This document shows positions 12,709-27,971 of a stretch of 64,000 bases of DNA, in pieces. Both the position numbers and the translations under genes were made by a program. The notes under the pieces are model-generated. The model saw only the letters and a list, made by a program, of their open reading frames with translations. It ran no database searches and was not told the DNA's origin. The number at the start of each line of letters is the position of its first letter. Position 1 is the first letter of the stretch. The stretch is taken from NCBI RefSeq assembly GCF_009914755.1, contig NC_060930.1. One strand, given 5' to 3'. This stretch comes from the human T2T-CHM13v2.0 reference genome, Homo sapiens.

Positions 12709-12920
12709 CAGAATTTCTTAATCTCTAGGCAATTGTCATATTGGGATGGGTAATCACTTGCTGTGGGTCTGACCTGTTTATTACAGGATGCCTGGCCAGC
12801 ATCCCAGTCCTCTACTCACTGTATGTGCTAGTAACCACCTCCTCCTGAAGTTGTAACAAAAATGTCTTTAGACATTTTAAAATATCCCCTGAGAAGGGCA
12901 CAATCACCCTTACTGATTTA
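12709..12920. mobile_element. MER20 (hAT-Charlie DNA transposon fossil)
   Basis: CAGCATCCCAGTCCTCTACTCACTGTATGTGCTAGTAACCACC...AAAAATGTCTTTAGACATTTTAAAATATCCCCTG matches MER20; ~210 bp. Confidence 0.85.
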
Positions 12921-14712
12921 GGTAAGGGTACAGGAAAGTATCTTGCACGCTGTGGTGGAATCTGACTTCTGTTTGTTGCTTCTGCTCTTGTGAAAAGAAG
13001 AGTAAAGTTCATAACTCCTTGGCTTTAACGTCCTATTGGGTGTCAGTGACACTTATGAGGCATAGGCCAGGAGATTTAAGGGAAAGATGTATAACACTGG
13101 CAATGAGAAGAAGAACAAATAAAGTAAAGGGAAAATGAATATTTGTTTTTAATGAAGTAAAGAATTGTTAAAAGAAAAATCTACTATGAACCTGTTGTAC
13201 AGTATGACTTCCAAACTATAGAGGTACATGTATTATTTTATTATTTTCTTTTTCAAGTTAGTGCATACTATTTTAGTTGCTCTTCTTTTCAAGGAAAAAA
13301 AAATCCTACCATTTTCTACAGTTTCTGAAATGTAAGGATTTATAGAAAGCATTACACAGCAAGCTTCACAATTTGCATTACAATGTATGATTGAGAATCA
13401 CTGTATAACTCTGTTCCTGCTGTTTTGTATTGATTGTACACTGTGTGTTTCATTAGACTGCCTTCAAAACTATTCCAAATGTGTTATAGATTTGCTAATT
13501 TCAATAAGCGCCCTGAGACTGGGACTATTGCTATAAGTGACTAAAAATATATGCTGCAGAAAGGCAATGCTAGTCAGTCGTTTTAACAGCTAAAATGTGA
13601 AGATTCAGTATGGTTTTAATGATTCATATTGATTGAGACCACTCTCTGAGTTGAACAATTGAGATAAATTTTTGGTTTGAATGTATGTTGTTTTACTTAT
13701 TTTTTTCTCCCCACTATGCAAATGTATATTTCATAAAGTTTCATAAATTTGCCTATGGCAACTGTGACACAGAATCCCAGGAGTACATGTGGAAAATTCA
13801 GATTCTCGAGTGTGTAACAGAGCAGAACAGGGTAGATTCTGTTTAGCGTCTATTCTACCATTAAAGTTGACATCACTCCATTGTACGTTATGGAGTAGTA
13901 GTATTTGGGTCATTTAAAGAGGACTCAAAATAAAAACCTGAATATAAGCCTGTAACAAGGCATCATTTTTTTCACATATTTTAAGAAAAGAGAAAGAAAT
14001 GTTTTGCCTCAGTGATCAGGTTATTTTGTATTCTGTTTGATATACTTCTCATTCTGTCTTGCATTTATAGACAGTCAAACTCTGATGTGAAAAACACATG
14101 TATTAATTATCATCTTATCACTTTATAAGGAAATATCACTTCCATATGGTGATATAATAGTTCTGTGGACTGACAGTTCTCAGTTTAAGTATTATATATT
14201 TAGTGATTTACATTCTATAATACTTTGTTTCACCTATTTAAAGCTGCAAATAGTTCAAATATGTTTATTACCTTCTGCCCTTTAAAAGTTACAAAATGGC
14301 ATATTTCATTTCTGCTAACAAGGAAAGGACAATTTTCTGACTGCCATATATGAATGTAGCATAAAAATTCAGTGAAGTCATTCAGAAGTAATTTGAAAAG
14401 AAGAAATCACAGAATTATTTAAATTAATAATACTACATTTTGTTAAGTAGATAGTAATAGAATATCTAAAGCATCTCACACTTAAATTTCATAATCCTTT
14501 TTCTATATGAGTAGACTTTAAAATACAAAAATTAAGCTTACATTAGAAAATATTTTTTATTTAGCGATGATATGTAATCATAGTCTATATAATTTAGACA
14601 TTTAATGAAGCTATGAGTTCATTTAAATATCATGGAGAACACATGGATAATAAAATATTATCCAATAAGTTGAGGCTTTAGCTCAATTACTTTTCAGGTT
14701 GGTCACTTACAT

Positions 14713-15052
14713 CAGCAGTCCCCCAACCTTTTTGGCACCAGTTTCATGGAAGACAATTTTTCCATAGGACCAGCATGGGTGTTGGGGGTGGGCAATGATT
14801 TTGGATTGAAACTCTTTCACCTCAGATCATCAGGCATTAGATTTTCATAAGGAGCACACAACCTAGATCCTTTGCATGTGCAGTTCACAATAGGGTTTGC
14901 CCTCCTATGAGAATGTAATGGCACTGCTGATCTGACAGGAGACAGAGCTCAGGTGATAATGCTTGCCCACTGCTCACCTCCTGCTGTGCAGCCTGGCTTC
15001 CAACAGGTCACAAACAACTACCAGTCTGTGGCCTGGGGGTTGGGGACCCCAG
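14713..15052. mobile_element. MER1B (hAT-Charlie MITE)
   Basis: Terminal inverted repeats CAGCAGTCCCCCAACC ... GGTTGGGGACCCCAG; internal CACCTCAGATCATCAGGCATTAGATT and CAACCTAGATCC; 340 bp. Confidence 0.9.
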
Positions 15053-16391
15053 GTCACATGATAGGGATTAGTATAAAATATATAATTACAAGAACTCTAC
15101 CACATGAAATAATAGATTTCAAATTTTGTTATCTTGTGAACATTGACGTGTCTCACTGTTAGCCATTATTTCTTTAATATTGGTTATGTTTTCAAATAAG
15201 TTTAATAGAAAAGAGAGAAAACTATGGGAGTTACTCTTCTAACAACTTTAGTAGATTAAGGTGACTTGATTGAGCAGTTCTGTGTCTTTCACATATAAAT
15301 GGTAGAGAAAGGTAAGCCACTGGAGTTCTTTTATGAATTTGATATCATACAGAGGTTACAGTTTTGTGGATGCTTCCAGTGCTATTACTTAAAAAGCTAA
15401 TATGAGCTGTAAGAATAAGAATGTTGCAGATGACTGTAGACTACAGCTGGTATCATCTCTGGTGTTTTCCTGCCCGATAATGCTTAGAAAGATAAGGTAG
15501 ACACAGCTTTCTGAGATTTCATATTAGTTTGAATTGAGTCAAATAATTCACACATGCATTCTGAAAATGCATTAATTAAATTATCTGTTCTGTATTATGG
15601 TTACATCCTTCCCTAAATTGCTAATTGTTAAATTTGTCATATTTGAGGAGTTTCTTTCTCTCCTGCTGTTTGATCACATAAGAGGTCATAATTCATTGTT
15701 TATGATCTAACAGTCTGTTGATTAAAGTGTCTACAGTATCAAAAGCAAGAGTATAGGCAAGACTTTTCAGAATAAACAAGAAAAAATAGGAAAAAATAGA
15801 AAAAAGGTAAGAATCTAGTTAACAGGCACACATATATTAATAAATTGCATTTATTAATACACAACTGTTATTACTGTAAAACAGAACCAAGTTAACATTA
15901 ACGCATTCAACAAATGCATTGTTTATGTCAAATTTTCATAAAAGTTTTGGTTACAAGATAATCGGGTTGCAGACATGTGAGGCATAAACACTGGAGGAGT
16001 TAGATTGAAGGATGTATTAAAACTCCCTAAGCTATTTTTACAACTATTCTATAAATCTAGCAGTAGATCAAAATTTAAAAAAATTTAGAAGACAAGCGTC
16101 TATGAGATTAGCACTTGTGGTCAACCGGTGGAATAATTATTTACCTAGAAAACTCTTCAATATATCTAAAAATCACCCACAAAATTGCATGAGGAATCAA
16201 TGACTAGACCTACATTAATAGAACATTATTTCAGGTTAGACCTATATTAATGGAACGTTATCTCATGATATAAGTATGAAATGGACAATGGAAGCATAAT
16301 ATTATATGCAATGAAATAGTTTTGTTATAAATATTTGTGTGTACACATGTGAGTGTGTATATACACACAACTATTCATACATATGTTCATA

Positions 16392-16814
16392 TGTATTAGT
16401 TGCCTTGGGCTTCCATAACAAAATATTATGGACTGAGTGTCTTAAACAAATAACTCCTTGTCATTTTATAATGACAACACAGATCTGTTTTCAGTTATTT
16501 ATTGTTCACTGAAGTCCGTGATTGAAATGCTAGCAAATTTGATTTCTGGTGAGAGCCGTTTTTTGTTTGCAGACTACTGCCTTCTTCCTGTGTCCTCACA
16601 TAACCTTTTTTCTGTGTGTACTTGGCAAGCGGGAAAGAACTCTTTGGTGTCTCTTCTTCTTGTAAAGACACATTCCCATTAGATAATGGTGTCTTTCTTA
16701 TGACTTCATTTAACCTTACTTACTTCTATTAAGGCTATATCACAAAATACAGTCATATTAAGGGTTAGAGCTTCAACACATGAATTTTGGAGGGAGATAA
16801 TTCAGTCCATAATA
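16392..16814 (-). mobile_element. MLT1A-like MaLR solo LTR
   Basis: TGTATTAGTT...CCATAACAAAATA...TTATGACTTCATTTAACCTTA...GGGTTAGAGCTTCAACACATGAATTTTGGAGGGAGATAATTCAGTCCATAATA. Confidence 0.8.
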
Positions 16815-17198
16815 TATATAAAATATATATTAACATATAATATATTAATATGTAATGTTACATTAATATGTATATGTTATGAAGTTATACATTATTACAT
16901 AAATATGTTATATATATTCAAATATATTCTATATTTTAAATATATACATATAATATTTAAATATATTTATTTATGATATATAATATATAAATTTATAACA
17001 TAATAATATATATTATTATATCATATATATTAACATAACATATATTTGTATGTTATATAAATTTTAATATATATGCTCTATATTACTATTAGGTACTGTT
17101 CATATATTATATGTTATGTACATTACTATTGTGTTATATATGTGTATTATATATTATATATACACACACACACATACATACACACACACACACACACA
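16815..17198. repeat. Degenerate (TA)n low-complexity tract followed by a (CA)n microsatellite
   Basis: About 350 bp of nearly pure A/T alternation, then an interrupted CA run at 17162-17198. Confidence 0.95.
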
Positions 17199-17225
17199 TT
17201 CAACACAACTTTGAATTATGTCAGC

Positions 17226-17830
17226 TGTAAAAAATAATCTCAGGACCAAAATAAGCCAAGGGAAAATATCAAGCTTGATACTGCATCTGGCAAACCTGCC
17301 TCCATTTTATTTCTAAATAAGATTGCTGCAAAGATAAAAAAGCTACACACCCGCCTCACAATTTTCACACAAGAAAATTTCCCATAGACAAAGGACAGAG
17401 AGAACTGGAAGTCAGCCCTGTGTTCACCTGAGACAAATGCGTATCTGATTGCTTCCTCTGCCCTTTTGTTTCACTAAGCCGGACTGAGGCATAAGTGACT
17501 ACTCCTCTGCCCTCCTGTCACATGTAAATTGTGTATTCAGTGAAAGGGTAATCAGAGACTCAAAAGAATGCAATCTTTGTCTCCTGTGACCTGGAAGCAC
17601 CCTCTTTTGCTTCAAGTTGTCCTGCCTTTCCGGACCAATGTACATCTTAAACACACAGACTGATGCCTTATGTCTCCCTAAAATGTATAAAACTAACCTG
17701 TGCCCCGACCACCTTGGGCACATGTTGTCAGAACCTCCTGAGTCTGTGTCATAGGTGCATCCTTACCCTTGGCAAAGTAAACTTTCTAAATTGATTGAGA
17801 CCTGCCTGTCTCAGATATTTTGTGTTCACA
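17226..17830 (+). mobile_element. MER4A-family ERV1 solo LTR
   Basis: TG...CA termini; GGCAAACCTGCCTCC, CCCTAAAATGTATAAAAC, CCCCGACCACCTTGGGCACATG, CTAAATTGATTGAGACCTG; flanks CAGC/CAAC (4-bp TSD, 1 mismatch). Confidence 0.9.
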
Positions 17831-18504
17831 CAACAAACTGGTACATAATTCAATCTCAGACAGTTTTGGAGATGCCTCTAATGGTTGAGAAAGGGCTTTG
17901 GAACTTATACTGTGGAAATCTGTTAAGTAATCTACCTATCACTTATTCATGTTCACTATGTTCAGTTGTCCATCAGGCCCATGTCCCTTCAGTTAAAGAT
18001 CAGTTCATTCTAGGTCACATCCAGAACACAGGACTCCAGGAGGGGCAAGGTGTTTTGTTTTGTTTTTGTTTGTCCTTTATCCCTTTCTGGAGCTCAGACT
18101 TTAAGCAAGCAGATATTAGAATGGAAAATGTCTCATATGCATTTTCTGATTTTTGCCCAGAAAGAGAAAGCTGAACAATAAAACAAATAAGAATAAAAGA
18201 AAGGCTGCAATTCAGCAGCCTCCTCCGATTCCTTCACGGAGGATGGCCAAATAAGAAAACATAAAGACTTAGTATCCCTAATGACTTCATATCCCCTCTC
18301 CCATCCTGAACCACCTATTTTTAATGTATGAGAAAGAAATGAAACTTTCGACTTGAGCCATTGTTATTTTTTTTCTGTTAGAGAAGAATTTAATCTTAGC
18401 GAAAAGGGGAAAAAAAATACAGTGTCAAAAAGTGTGCCAAGCTGTGATAAGACATTCTCTTCTTAAAAGCTGTTGTAGTTTACATTAATAATTGTATAGA
18501 TTCA

Positions 18505-18802
18505 GGCCGGGTGCAGTGGCTCACACCTCTAATTCCAGCACTTTGGGAGGCCAAGGTGGGCGGATCACGAGGTCAGGAGTTTGAGACCAGCCTGACCAAC
18601 ATGGTGAAACCCATCGCTACTAAAAATACAAAAATTAGCTGGGCTTGGTGGTGAGTGCCTGTAATCCCAGCTACTCAGGAGCCTGAGGCAGGAGAATGGC
18701 TTGAACCCAGGAGACAGAGGTTGCAGTGAGCCAAGATTGCGCCACTGAACTCCAGCTTGGGCAACAGAGTGAGACTCCATCTAAAAAAAAAAAGAGAGAG
18801 AA
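18505..18802 (+). mobile_element. AluS (Sg-like), full length
   Basis: Dimeric Alu with A tail; TSD AATTGTATAGATTCA (18490-18504) / AATTGTACAGATTCA (18803-18817). Confidence 0.95.
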
Positions 18803-19399
18803 AATTGTACAGATTCATTCCCAAATAATTCTGAAAAAAGACATAAATAAACAAGCAAACATGAGTTTACTTGAGCACTTACAAATAGCTTTTCTTTTAT
18901 GGCATTGTCTCAATTTAAGAGAGCTTTTAGAAAAAAAAATACACCTTCACACATATCACAATAAGAATAACAAAAATTTTAAGGCATTTGTCACCTAACT
19001 TCCTATTTTGTGGAGCTAAGATATTTCTAACTTTAGAAGGATATAGTCTTGATAATGTTACATTAAATTTTCTTCATAAATAAACATATTAGCATGGCAT
19101 AGCGTAGTGAAGCATATAAGTTAAGCTTAACTGTATCACCATTGTCTTATTTACAACGAATGGAAAAAAATATTTTGAGTAACTAAAAAGTCATTCTCTT
19201 TATTTTTAATTTCCCACCTCACATATCCTCAAAAGTATGCTTCTAAAGTAAGTGAATATACGCCTTTAGAAAACAAACAAACAAATAAAAGGGGAAACAA
19301 AAAACAAAAAGAAAAGAAAAGCAAGAAAAAAAGAAAAGAATGAAATTTACAACACAGTTCTTTAGCTTTGTCTCCTATAACATCTCGGTGTTATGTATA

Positions 19400-20390
19400 G
19401 TACAAATTTTGTATGGCTCTATTTTCTTACTATTTGATATTTCTTGGACAGATAATGATGTGTTAAAATCCAGTACATTTGTGTAGTTTGTATGTATCTC
19501 TGACTTTCTAACACTGCTGCCTAATATACTTTTATGCTCTGTTACTTGGTTCATAAAATTTTATGACTATGATATTTTCATTGTACATAGTATCTTGTAT
19601 CCATGTAATAGGATGTTTTCTGTCACCTTGAATGGTTTTTGCCCTAATACTTTTTCTTAAATTAATAGAGTCCAACCTTTAATTTTACTTATTTTCTTTT
19701 TACATATTTGCCCATTCTTATGCCTTAAAACATCTTTGCCAATTTGTTTTAGATATGTTTTAGGGAGTAGCAAATAATTTGTATTTTTTATTATTAATCA
19801 TTTCAATGCATCCTAATTTTCTTTCCATTTTAATAGAAGTAAAATACTGATATAAGTTGTTATCATTGATATGATTCATATTATTTATTTGTTTTTTCAT
19901 CATTTTATTTTGCTTACCTGCTGTGTTTTACATTTCTTGTAATATGATTGTTTTGTTTGAGTTTTTTGGGGGGTTATTGGTTTCCTATTTGTTTTCCGTA
20001 TAAATAAGTGATTTATACACTAGCTACATAGAAATAGGACATTCTCTTTTAGTTTCATAAGCTTTGTTTATTATTATTTATCCTAGTTACTTTCCCATAC
20101 ATTTACTGTTGACTTTTCCATGCCCTGAGATACATTGTAAAGAATTATAGTGTATATATTTAACCTAATTTCACCATGTCTACTGTTTAAGTAGAGATAA
20201 TTGTTTCTGTGCATTGCTTGTAACCACAACTATATTTGAATTTATTTCTACTATTATAATTTGCACTTTTGATTTACATGGTTTCTTTCTGTGCTTCATT
20301 TGTTCTACTCTCCTGCCTTCTTTTGGATCATTGGTGTTCTTTCAGTATTTTCTTTTTTATTAGTTTAGAAATTATTCTTTATTTTAAATT
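19400..20390 (-). mobile_element. Old L1M fragments
   Basis: T-rich strand; GTGTTAAAATCCAGTAC...TGCTCTGTTACTTGGTTCATAAA is reverse-complement L1 EN-region sequence; heavily diverged. Confidence 0.5.
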
Positions 20391-20450
20391 TTATAATGAA
20401 TATACTTAAACCTTTGCTAAAAAACTTAACTTTTAATACTAAGAAACTTT

Positions 20451-20749
<299 letters not shown>

Positions 20750-21933
20750 TACTAAGAGATGTTAACACCAAGAAATATCTCCTTTCTTCTCCTCAATAGT
20801 ACAAAAATCTTAGAAAGCTTGAAAACATGCCATTTCATATGAGCCTATTCTAAATGTGTTCTAAGTTTTAGAGTTTATTTTCTACATTCAGATTGGTTAT
20901 TGTAAAATTAAACAATAATTTTTGTAGATAAAGCCACATTTACCAATTATTTCTATCAACATTTCAACTGAAATAATTTTCCTTCTTCCTGATGGAAATA
21001 TCTGTTTCTTAAGTGACAAACACTATGCTTTCACTTATCTAAAAAGAGTATTAAAATTGCCTTTATTGTCAAATCACAGTTCAGCTACGTATAGAGTTAT
21101 GGTTTCACAATTGTTAATTTTCATATTCTCCTAGGATATTAACCACATTGCCTTCTCCTTATTTTGATAAAATATATCATTTTTATTATAGTTCCTATTT
21201 AATAAATTGCCTAGCCTCCCAAAACTGTTTTTCATATTTCAGTACATCAAACTTTAAAAAGAAAATCTCAACATTATTATTCTTATATCAAAACCAATAC
21301 CACTCACTATATTTTAACTGTCTAGTTTATTGAGTTCTGACAATTGTTAGTACATTATACTTACCACACCCTCAAAGAATATAGAAAAAATGTTTCATCA
21401 CAAATTCATCAACATATGTTGAGTGAAAGAAGATGAACTAAAAACAATATATCATATAATTTTATTTATATAAAATTATAAGACAGTATAATTTAATCTA
21501 TGATTATAGGAATCATAATGAGGCTACCTGTGTGAAAATGCAAATGGACTAGAAAAGTGCACAAGAGACACTTGTTTTCTAGATAATGGAAACACTATCT
21601 CATCCTATGTGTTGGTTATACTATGTATACAATACTCAGACGTCATCGAACTGAACACATAAAACCTGTGTATTGTATTGTATTTAGATTACACTCTCTT
21701 ATTGTATTATGTTATGTTATATCATATTCCCAAACAAAATTTTTTTTAAAAAAGCAGCCTCAGACTAGTAGAAAATATATAACAAATCTGTGTCCAGATT
21801 ATATAAGAAATATATGCAAATCAATAATAAATTTTAAAGTTCTGTAAAATATAGGCAAAAGATTTGAAGAAACATTTCACACGCACACACACACAAAAAA
21901 CGATGTACAAAGGGCATTCGAAAAGATGCTCAA

Positions 21934-22425
<492 letters not shown>

Positions 22426-22916
22426 CTATTTTGCACATTTTAAAAATTAAAATACTCATTTAATCTATGTTCTAGCAATTACATAATATTTACCAAGAAA
22501 AATGAAAATTTAAACCCTACAATAAATTGATACATTCATAATTATTTGCCCCAGACTAGAAATCATCCAAATGTCCATCAAATAATGAACAAATTGTGTT
22601 ATATCTCTACAATAAAATATTAGTCAGTAACAAAAGGGGAGAAGTTTGCTGATACAGTAAAAACATATTTGGAATCTCAATTTTATTATGTTGAACAAAA
22701 GAAGGCAAACCAAAAGAGAGTATATATTGCATGATTTCATTATATACAATTCTAAAACAAGCAATGACTTATCTATCATAATTAAAAGTAGATCAGCAGT
22801 TGCATGTTGCCAGGAATTGGGAGGAGGTGACTAGAAAGAAGCTGAGATAACTTTCTGGAGTGATAGAAAATTCTATGTATTATTTGAAGTAATGATTGCA
22901 AAGTTCAAAAGTGTAT

Positions 22917-23194
<278 letters not shown>

Positions 23195-24159
23195 TTAATT
23201 TTAATTTATTAAAAATTGTCTGGAACAAGATGTTTTTACATTTTATAATTTATTATTTATGGCAAACTATTGCATAGTAGTAAAAGTTGATTTTTACATA
23301 TTATATTATTTAGTCCTTTTAATGAAATTATTTTGATAAAAGCAGTGTAAATATTTGTGATAAGTCAGTATACACCAATAAGAATAAGTGTTTGCTGTTA
23401 GTTTACTGATATGAGCCACTTAATCTTAACCTACTTAAATATATCAGTATAAAATGTATAAAAATCTAAATTCAACAATTAAAAGATTTTCCATAAAACA
23501 TAGAATCTGTTATACATTTGTATGAGAATTTTTAAAGTTAATTATGTTAGTTTAGTAGTCTAGATAATGTATTTTACTATTTCATTAATTTAAGTAAAAT
23601 ATACTTGGAAATCAATTTTTTGATATTCATATTTCAATAATGATGATGTATGTGATTGTATAACAAGTTGTTTCCAAATTATATAACATAGAAATATCTA
23701 ATAGAAAACAATTGTCTCAAAAATAAAACAATATAATATTGTTGAAACTTCAACTTGATAATCAAACGTAAGAGCTTCAAAATGAGAATGCATTTTTTAG
23801 CCAAATTAACCTAATCATAGTTGCCTGGGATGTAATCGAGCTGCCATCAAGATATGCATCACCTCAGGTTAGCTTTCGTCCAACTCTTCATAAGTATTAA
23901 ACAGTATATTTTGGTAGCATTCACAGAGTTGTGAGTTTGATTTAGAGTTGGACCTAGCACTGTTGTAACCATCTGCTAGATCTGTGTCTCACTGACTCCA
24001 GAGGGGACACGCTGGAGTGAGCTGTCTCACAACAATCCATCCTCATAGGTCTACTCTATTAAGAGATAAGTTAAAGGTTTTAAATTGTATCCCAAATCAA
24101 CACTTTGTAGTTATATCACTTAATTGCCATTGAAAATGTGTCTCCTATAGGTGATTTTT

Positions 24160-25228
24160 TGTTGTGGGAAGTCAGGGACCCCAAACAGAGGGACCGGCTG
24201 AAGCCATGGCAGAAGAACATAAATTGTGAAGATTTCATGGGCATTTATTAGTTTCCCAAGTTAATACTTTTATAATTTCTTATGCCTGTCTTTACTGCAA
24301 TCTGAACATGAATTGTGAAGATTTCATGGACATTTATCACTTCCCCAATCAATATTCTTATAATTTCTTATGCCTCTTTAAGCCCTTAATCCCATCATCT
24401 TCATAAACTGAGGATGTATGTCGCCTCAGGACCCTGTGATGATTGCATTAACTCCACAAATTGTTTGTAAAATACGTATGTTTGAACAATATGAAATCTG
24501 GGCACCCTGAAAAAGAACAGGATAACAGCCACGTTCAAGCAACAAGAGAGATAACCATAAGGTCTGACTGCCTGTGGGGCGAGGCAGAACAGAGTCATAT
24601 TTTTCTTATTGCAAAAAACGAGTAGGAGAAATATTGCTGAGTTCTTTTCCTGGTAAGGAATAACCCTGGGAAGGGAAGCATTCCCAGGGGAGGCCTATGG
24701 ATGGCCACTCTGGGGGTGTCTGCCTTATGCGGTTGAAGATAAGGGATGAAATATACACTGGTCTCCTGCAGTGCCCTCAGGCTTGCTAGGATTAGAAAAT
24801 TCCAGCCTGGCGAATTCAGACCAGTTCTCTGCTCTTGAACCCTGTTTCCTGTTAAGATGTTTATCAATGACAATGTGTGCACAGCAGGACATGGAATCTC
24901 ATTAGTAATTCTAATTTCACCCTGGCCTTGTGACCTTGCTCTGCCCTTCTGCCCTTGTGGTCTTTTATTGCCATTTGAAGCTTGTGATCTCTGTGACACA
25001 CTCCCTATTCATACCCCTCTCCCCTTTTGAAATCCCTAATAAAAACGTGCTGCTTTTGTGGCTCAGGGGGGCAACACAGAACCTGCCGATATGTGATGTC
25101 ACCCCCGGAGGCCCAGATGTACAATTTCTCTCTTTTGTACTCTTTCTCTTTATTTCTCAGACTGGCCGACACTTAGGGAAAATAGAAAAGAACCTATGTT
25201 GAAATATTGGGGGCTGGTTCCCCCAATA
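24160..25228 (+). mobile_element. MER11 (HERV-K11/HML-8) solo LTR, MER11B/C-like
   Basis: Begins TGTTGTGGGAAGTCAGGGACCCC and ends GGGGGCTGGTTCCCCCAATA; 1069 bp; internal ~89-bp tandem unit; AATAAA near 25038; 6-bp TSD ATTTTT on both sides. Confidence 0.95.
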
Positions 25229-27971
25229 ATTTTTCCTCTTCAAAAATTTAGTAAAAGTACATTCAGAACAAATGATTTTATTTTTTGTAACTTCTAGTAA
25301 TCCCTCAACTAACTTAAATAATAATTTTGTTCTGAATGTTTTATTAGAAAATTCATATAATATAAATAATTGTTTTCACTTTTGATTAATAAGTACATTG
25401 CTAAAGAAGATAAACACTGCTGATTAACTTACACATACATAATATATTGTGTACTACATTAAATTATCCACATAAAAGGAAATAATAAATCTCAGCACTT
25501 AACATTATAAAAATATTACTCAATATTAATTTTAAGATAAGTTAATAAAATGAACTAGGTAATAAAACAAAGCCTATTGTTTGCCACTGTCATTTTTAGC
25601 AATGAAGTAGATTGATTATAGATCACAAGCTCAGCCCTTAGAGATGATAATTTGTCATTTTTCAATTATGGAAAATATAGCAATATCATTAACATTCTTG
25701 GCACTCTGTTTTGTGCAACATTAAAGAAAACTCATAAAAGGAGATTTCAAAATTCTTCAAAGATGAGTTGAAAATATTTTCAGTATGAACAAAAGCCAAG
25801 GGTCAATATGTAATGAGGTAAGTATTTTGTGCTGAAAGCTAAAAGCAAAAATAGATCAACTTCATATAAAACTAGAGCGTCAGCTAGATATGAATTTGTA
25901 TCTGCATGTGTGTATTTCCATTTGCGCAAGTGACTCTTCACATTTTTTCTGTGTATATGCTGAAAGTGGCATTGCATTTCCCAGCCCAAGATATAAAAAT
26001 GTTATATTCTATACTGATTCAAAAATATAAAATTTGTTATAATAGTAATGTGCCATTGATTTAATACAAAAATAGGTACTAAAGTAACTTTTGTAACTAT
26101 TATTAAATCCATTTGTCTAAGGTACATTTTCTAACCAGGATGATTTAGAATGACCACAAGAATGAAAGAATACCCATCAATGGGAAATTATGCATTTATT
26201 TTCAAAGTTAAGGAAGAAAAGAGAGTGTCGTGAGTACATTTTTTATAGTCCTTAACAAAAAAATATTGTAAGAAATAAAGTAGGAAATAAAATTTGAGAT
26301 AGGATTAAAAGATAAGCAGGCCAACCTTCTGTGTTATCAGAAGAAAAATAATTCCTTTTATTGTGTGGTGATATATGTCACTTGAGAAAGATTTCAGATC
26401 AATATTGACATTGATTTGCCACATTCAATGTAATTTGGAGTGGATAGAATTCTAATACACAAAAGCTAATATAAATAAGAAAAGAAAACCTTAGTGTTAA
26501 AAGAGACTTTAGGAATTTTTTTGAGGTGCAGATGAAATGATTAATTTATTTTTAAATACTCTGTAGCATTAGTAACTTTTTCTTGCATATCTGTTATTAA
26601 ATCAAAGAAAAGATTTCTTAATCTTTTAAAAAATATCAGGATATTTTTTAAAATGTCCTAATAGTAAAAGACAGGGTCAGATTTTGGGAACATCACTTCC
26701 TAAAGTTGCTCCTTTTGTTTTGTTTTCATTATAGAACTGGTACAAGTATATAATAAGTTATAATTTTCTTTTCAAGTTATCCAGATATACCTCTTGCATC
26801 TCAGTATGTTTTCCAGAAGGGCTCTCAATGTCAAAATATGAAATGCAGCAAGAAATAACAATAGTAATGTGTGTATATTTTAGTAGCTTTCAGTTGATGA
26901 CAGTGTCCTCTTTCTCACTGCACTTGGTCCCTGAGGAAGCAAGAAGTGTTCGTGAATATTTTAACGAAGTACAGAAGAGTGTACAAAGTGCTAACCAGTG
27001 TGGATGGAGGAAAGAGAATAAATCCATACTTCAAAATAAACATTAAAATGTGAATAAGGGAAATAAAATGCTGAGTAAAGTATTTTAATGCTTTGGTATT
27101 TATGGTATAGGAAATCTTGCATTCAAACATAGGAAAGATAAGAGAGTTTTGAATGGTCTTGATAGCAAGATGCTATAAATTATAACCTACCTATAACCTT
27201 TAGTTGCTCCAAATGATAATTATTCTAGTTTTCTGAATTATACTAACATATTCAAGCTCTATGAACAAACTCTAGAGATATTCAAATATAAGCCATATAT
27301 ATGTATATATAGATATATTTAAAAGATAGAATAATAAACTAATTTGGATTTTCAGCATTTGATTTATTTCAGTAGCAATATATGTTTAAGGAAAGAACAT
27401 GTAAGTTGATCTTAGATTCATTCTACATGAGTTAATTAAAGTTGCTATATATGTAGATGATGCCATTCAATGTACTACTACATGAGAGGAATTTATAGTT
27501 TAAAAATTGTCCACCAGCATTCACATTATTTTATTTTATTTTGTTATTGATTATATTAACACTTTCAAATAGTATTCAACATAGCTACAGATTTTTAGCT
27601 ACTACTGCATTTTTCTAATCTGTATTTGTATCTGTATTTGTAGTATTCTATCTGTTAATCTAGGTGATGATCTCCAAGATTAAAGACTGTAGTCCTTTAG
27701 TCATTCAGAATGCCTTTTGGTTAGTCAGAAGACAACTAATCATAAATATATCTGAGCTTCCTCAATGGTTTCTTACCACTCAAAACTCTCACAACCCAGT
27801 GAAACATAATGTTTCACTTAAATCCAGTGGGAAACCTAAGGGAATTACCATTAAGAGAAAAATGAGGATTACAGGAGTAACTGTGTTGGAGTTTGCTAAT
27901 TGATAAGGTCAGGAAGGCAATCACTGCTAAAGTGCACAATGTCAAAATAATATTTTTAAAATATTGTCAGG

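Noticed and set aside
24215-24375. ~89-bp direct repeat as a CRISPR-like or novel array
   Set aside because: It is the two-unit internal repeat of the MER11 LTR and has no unique spacers.
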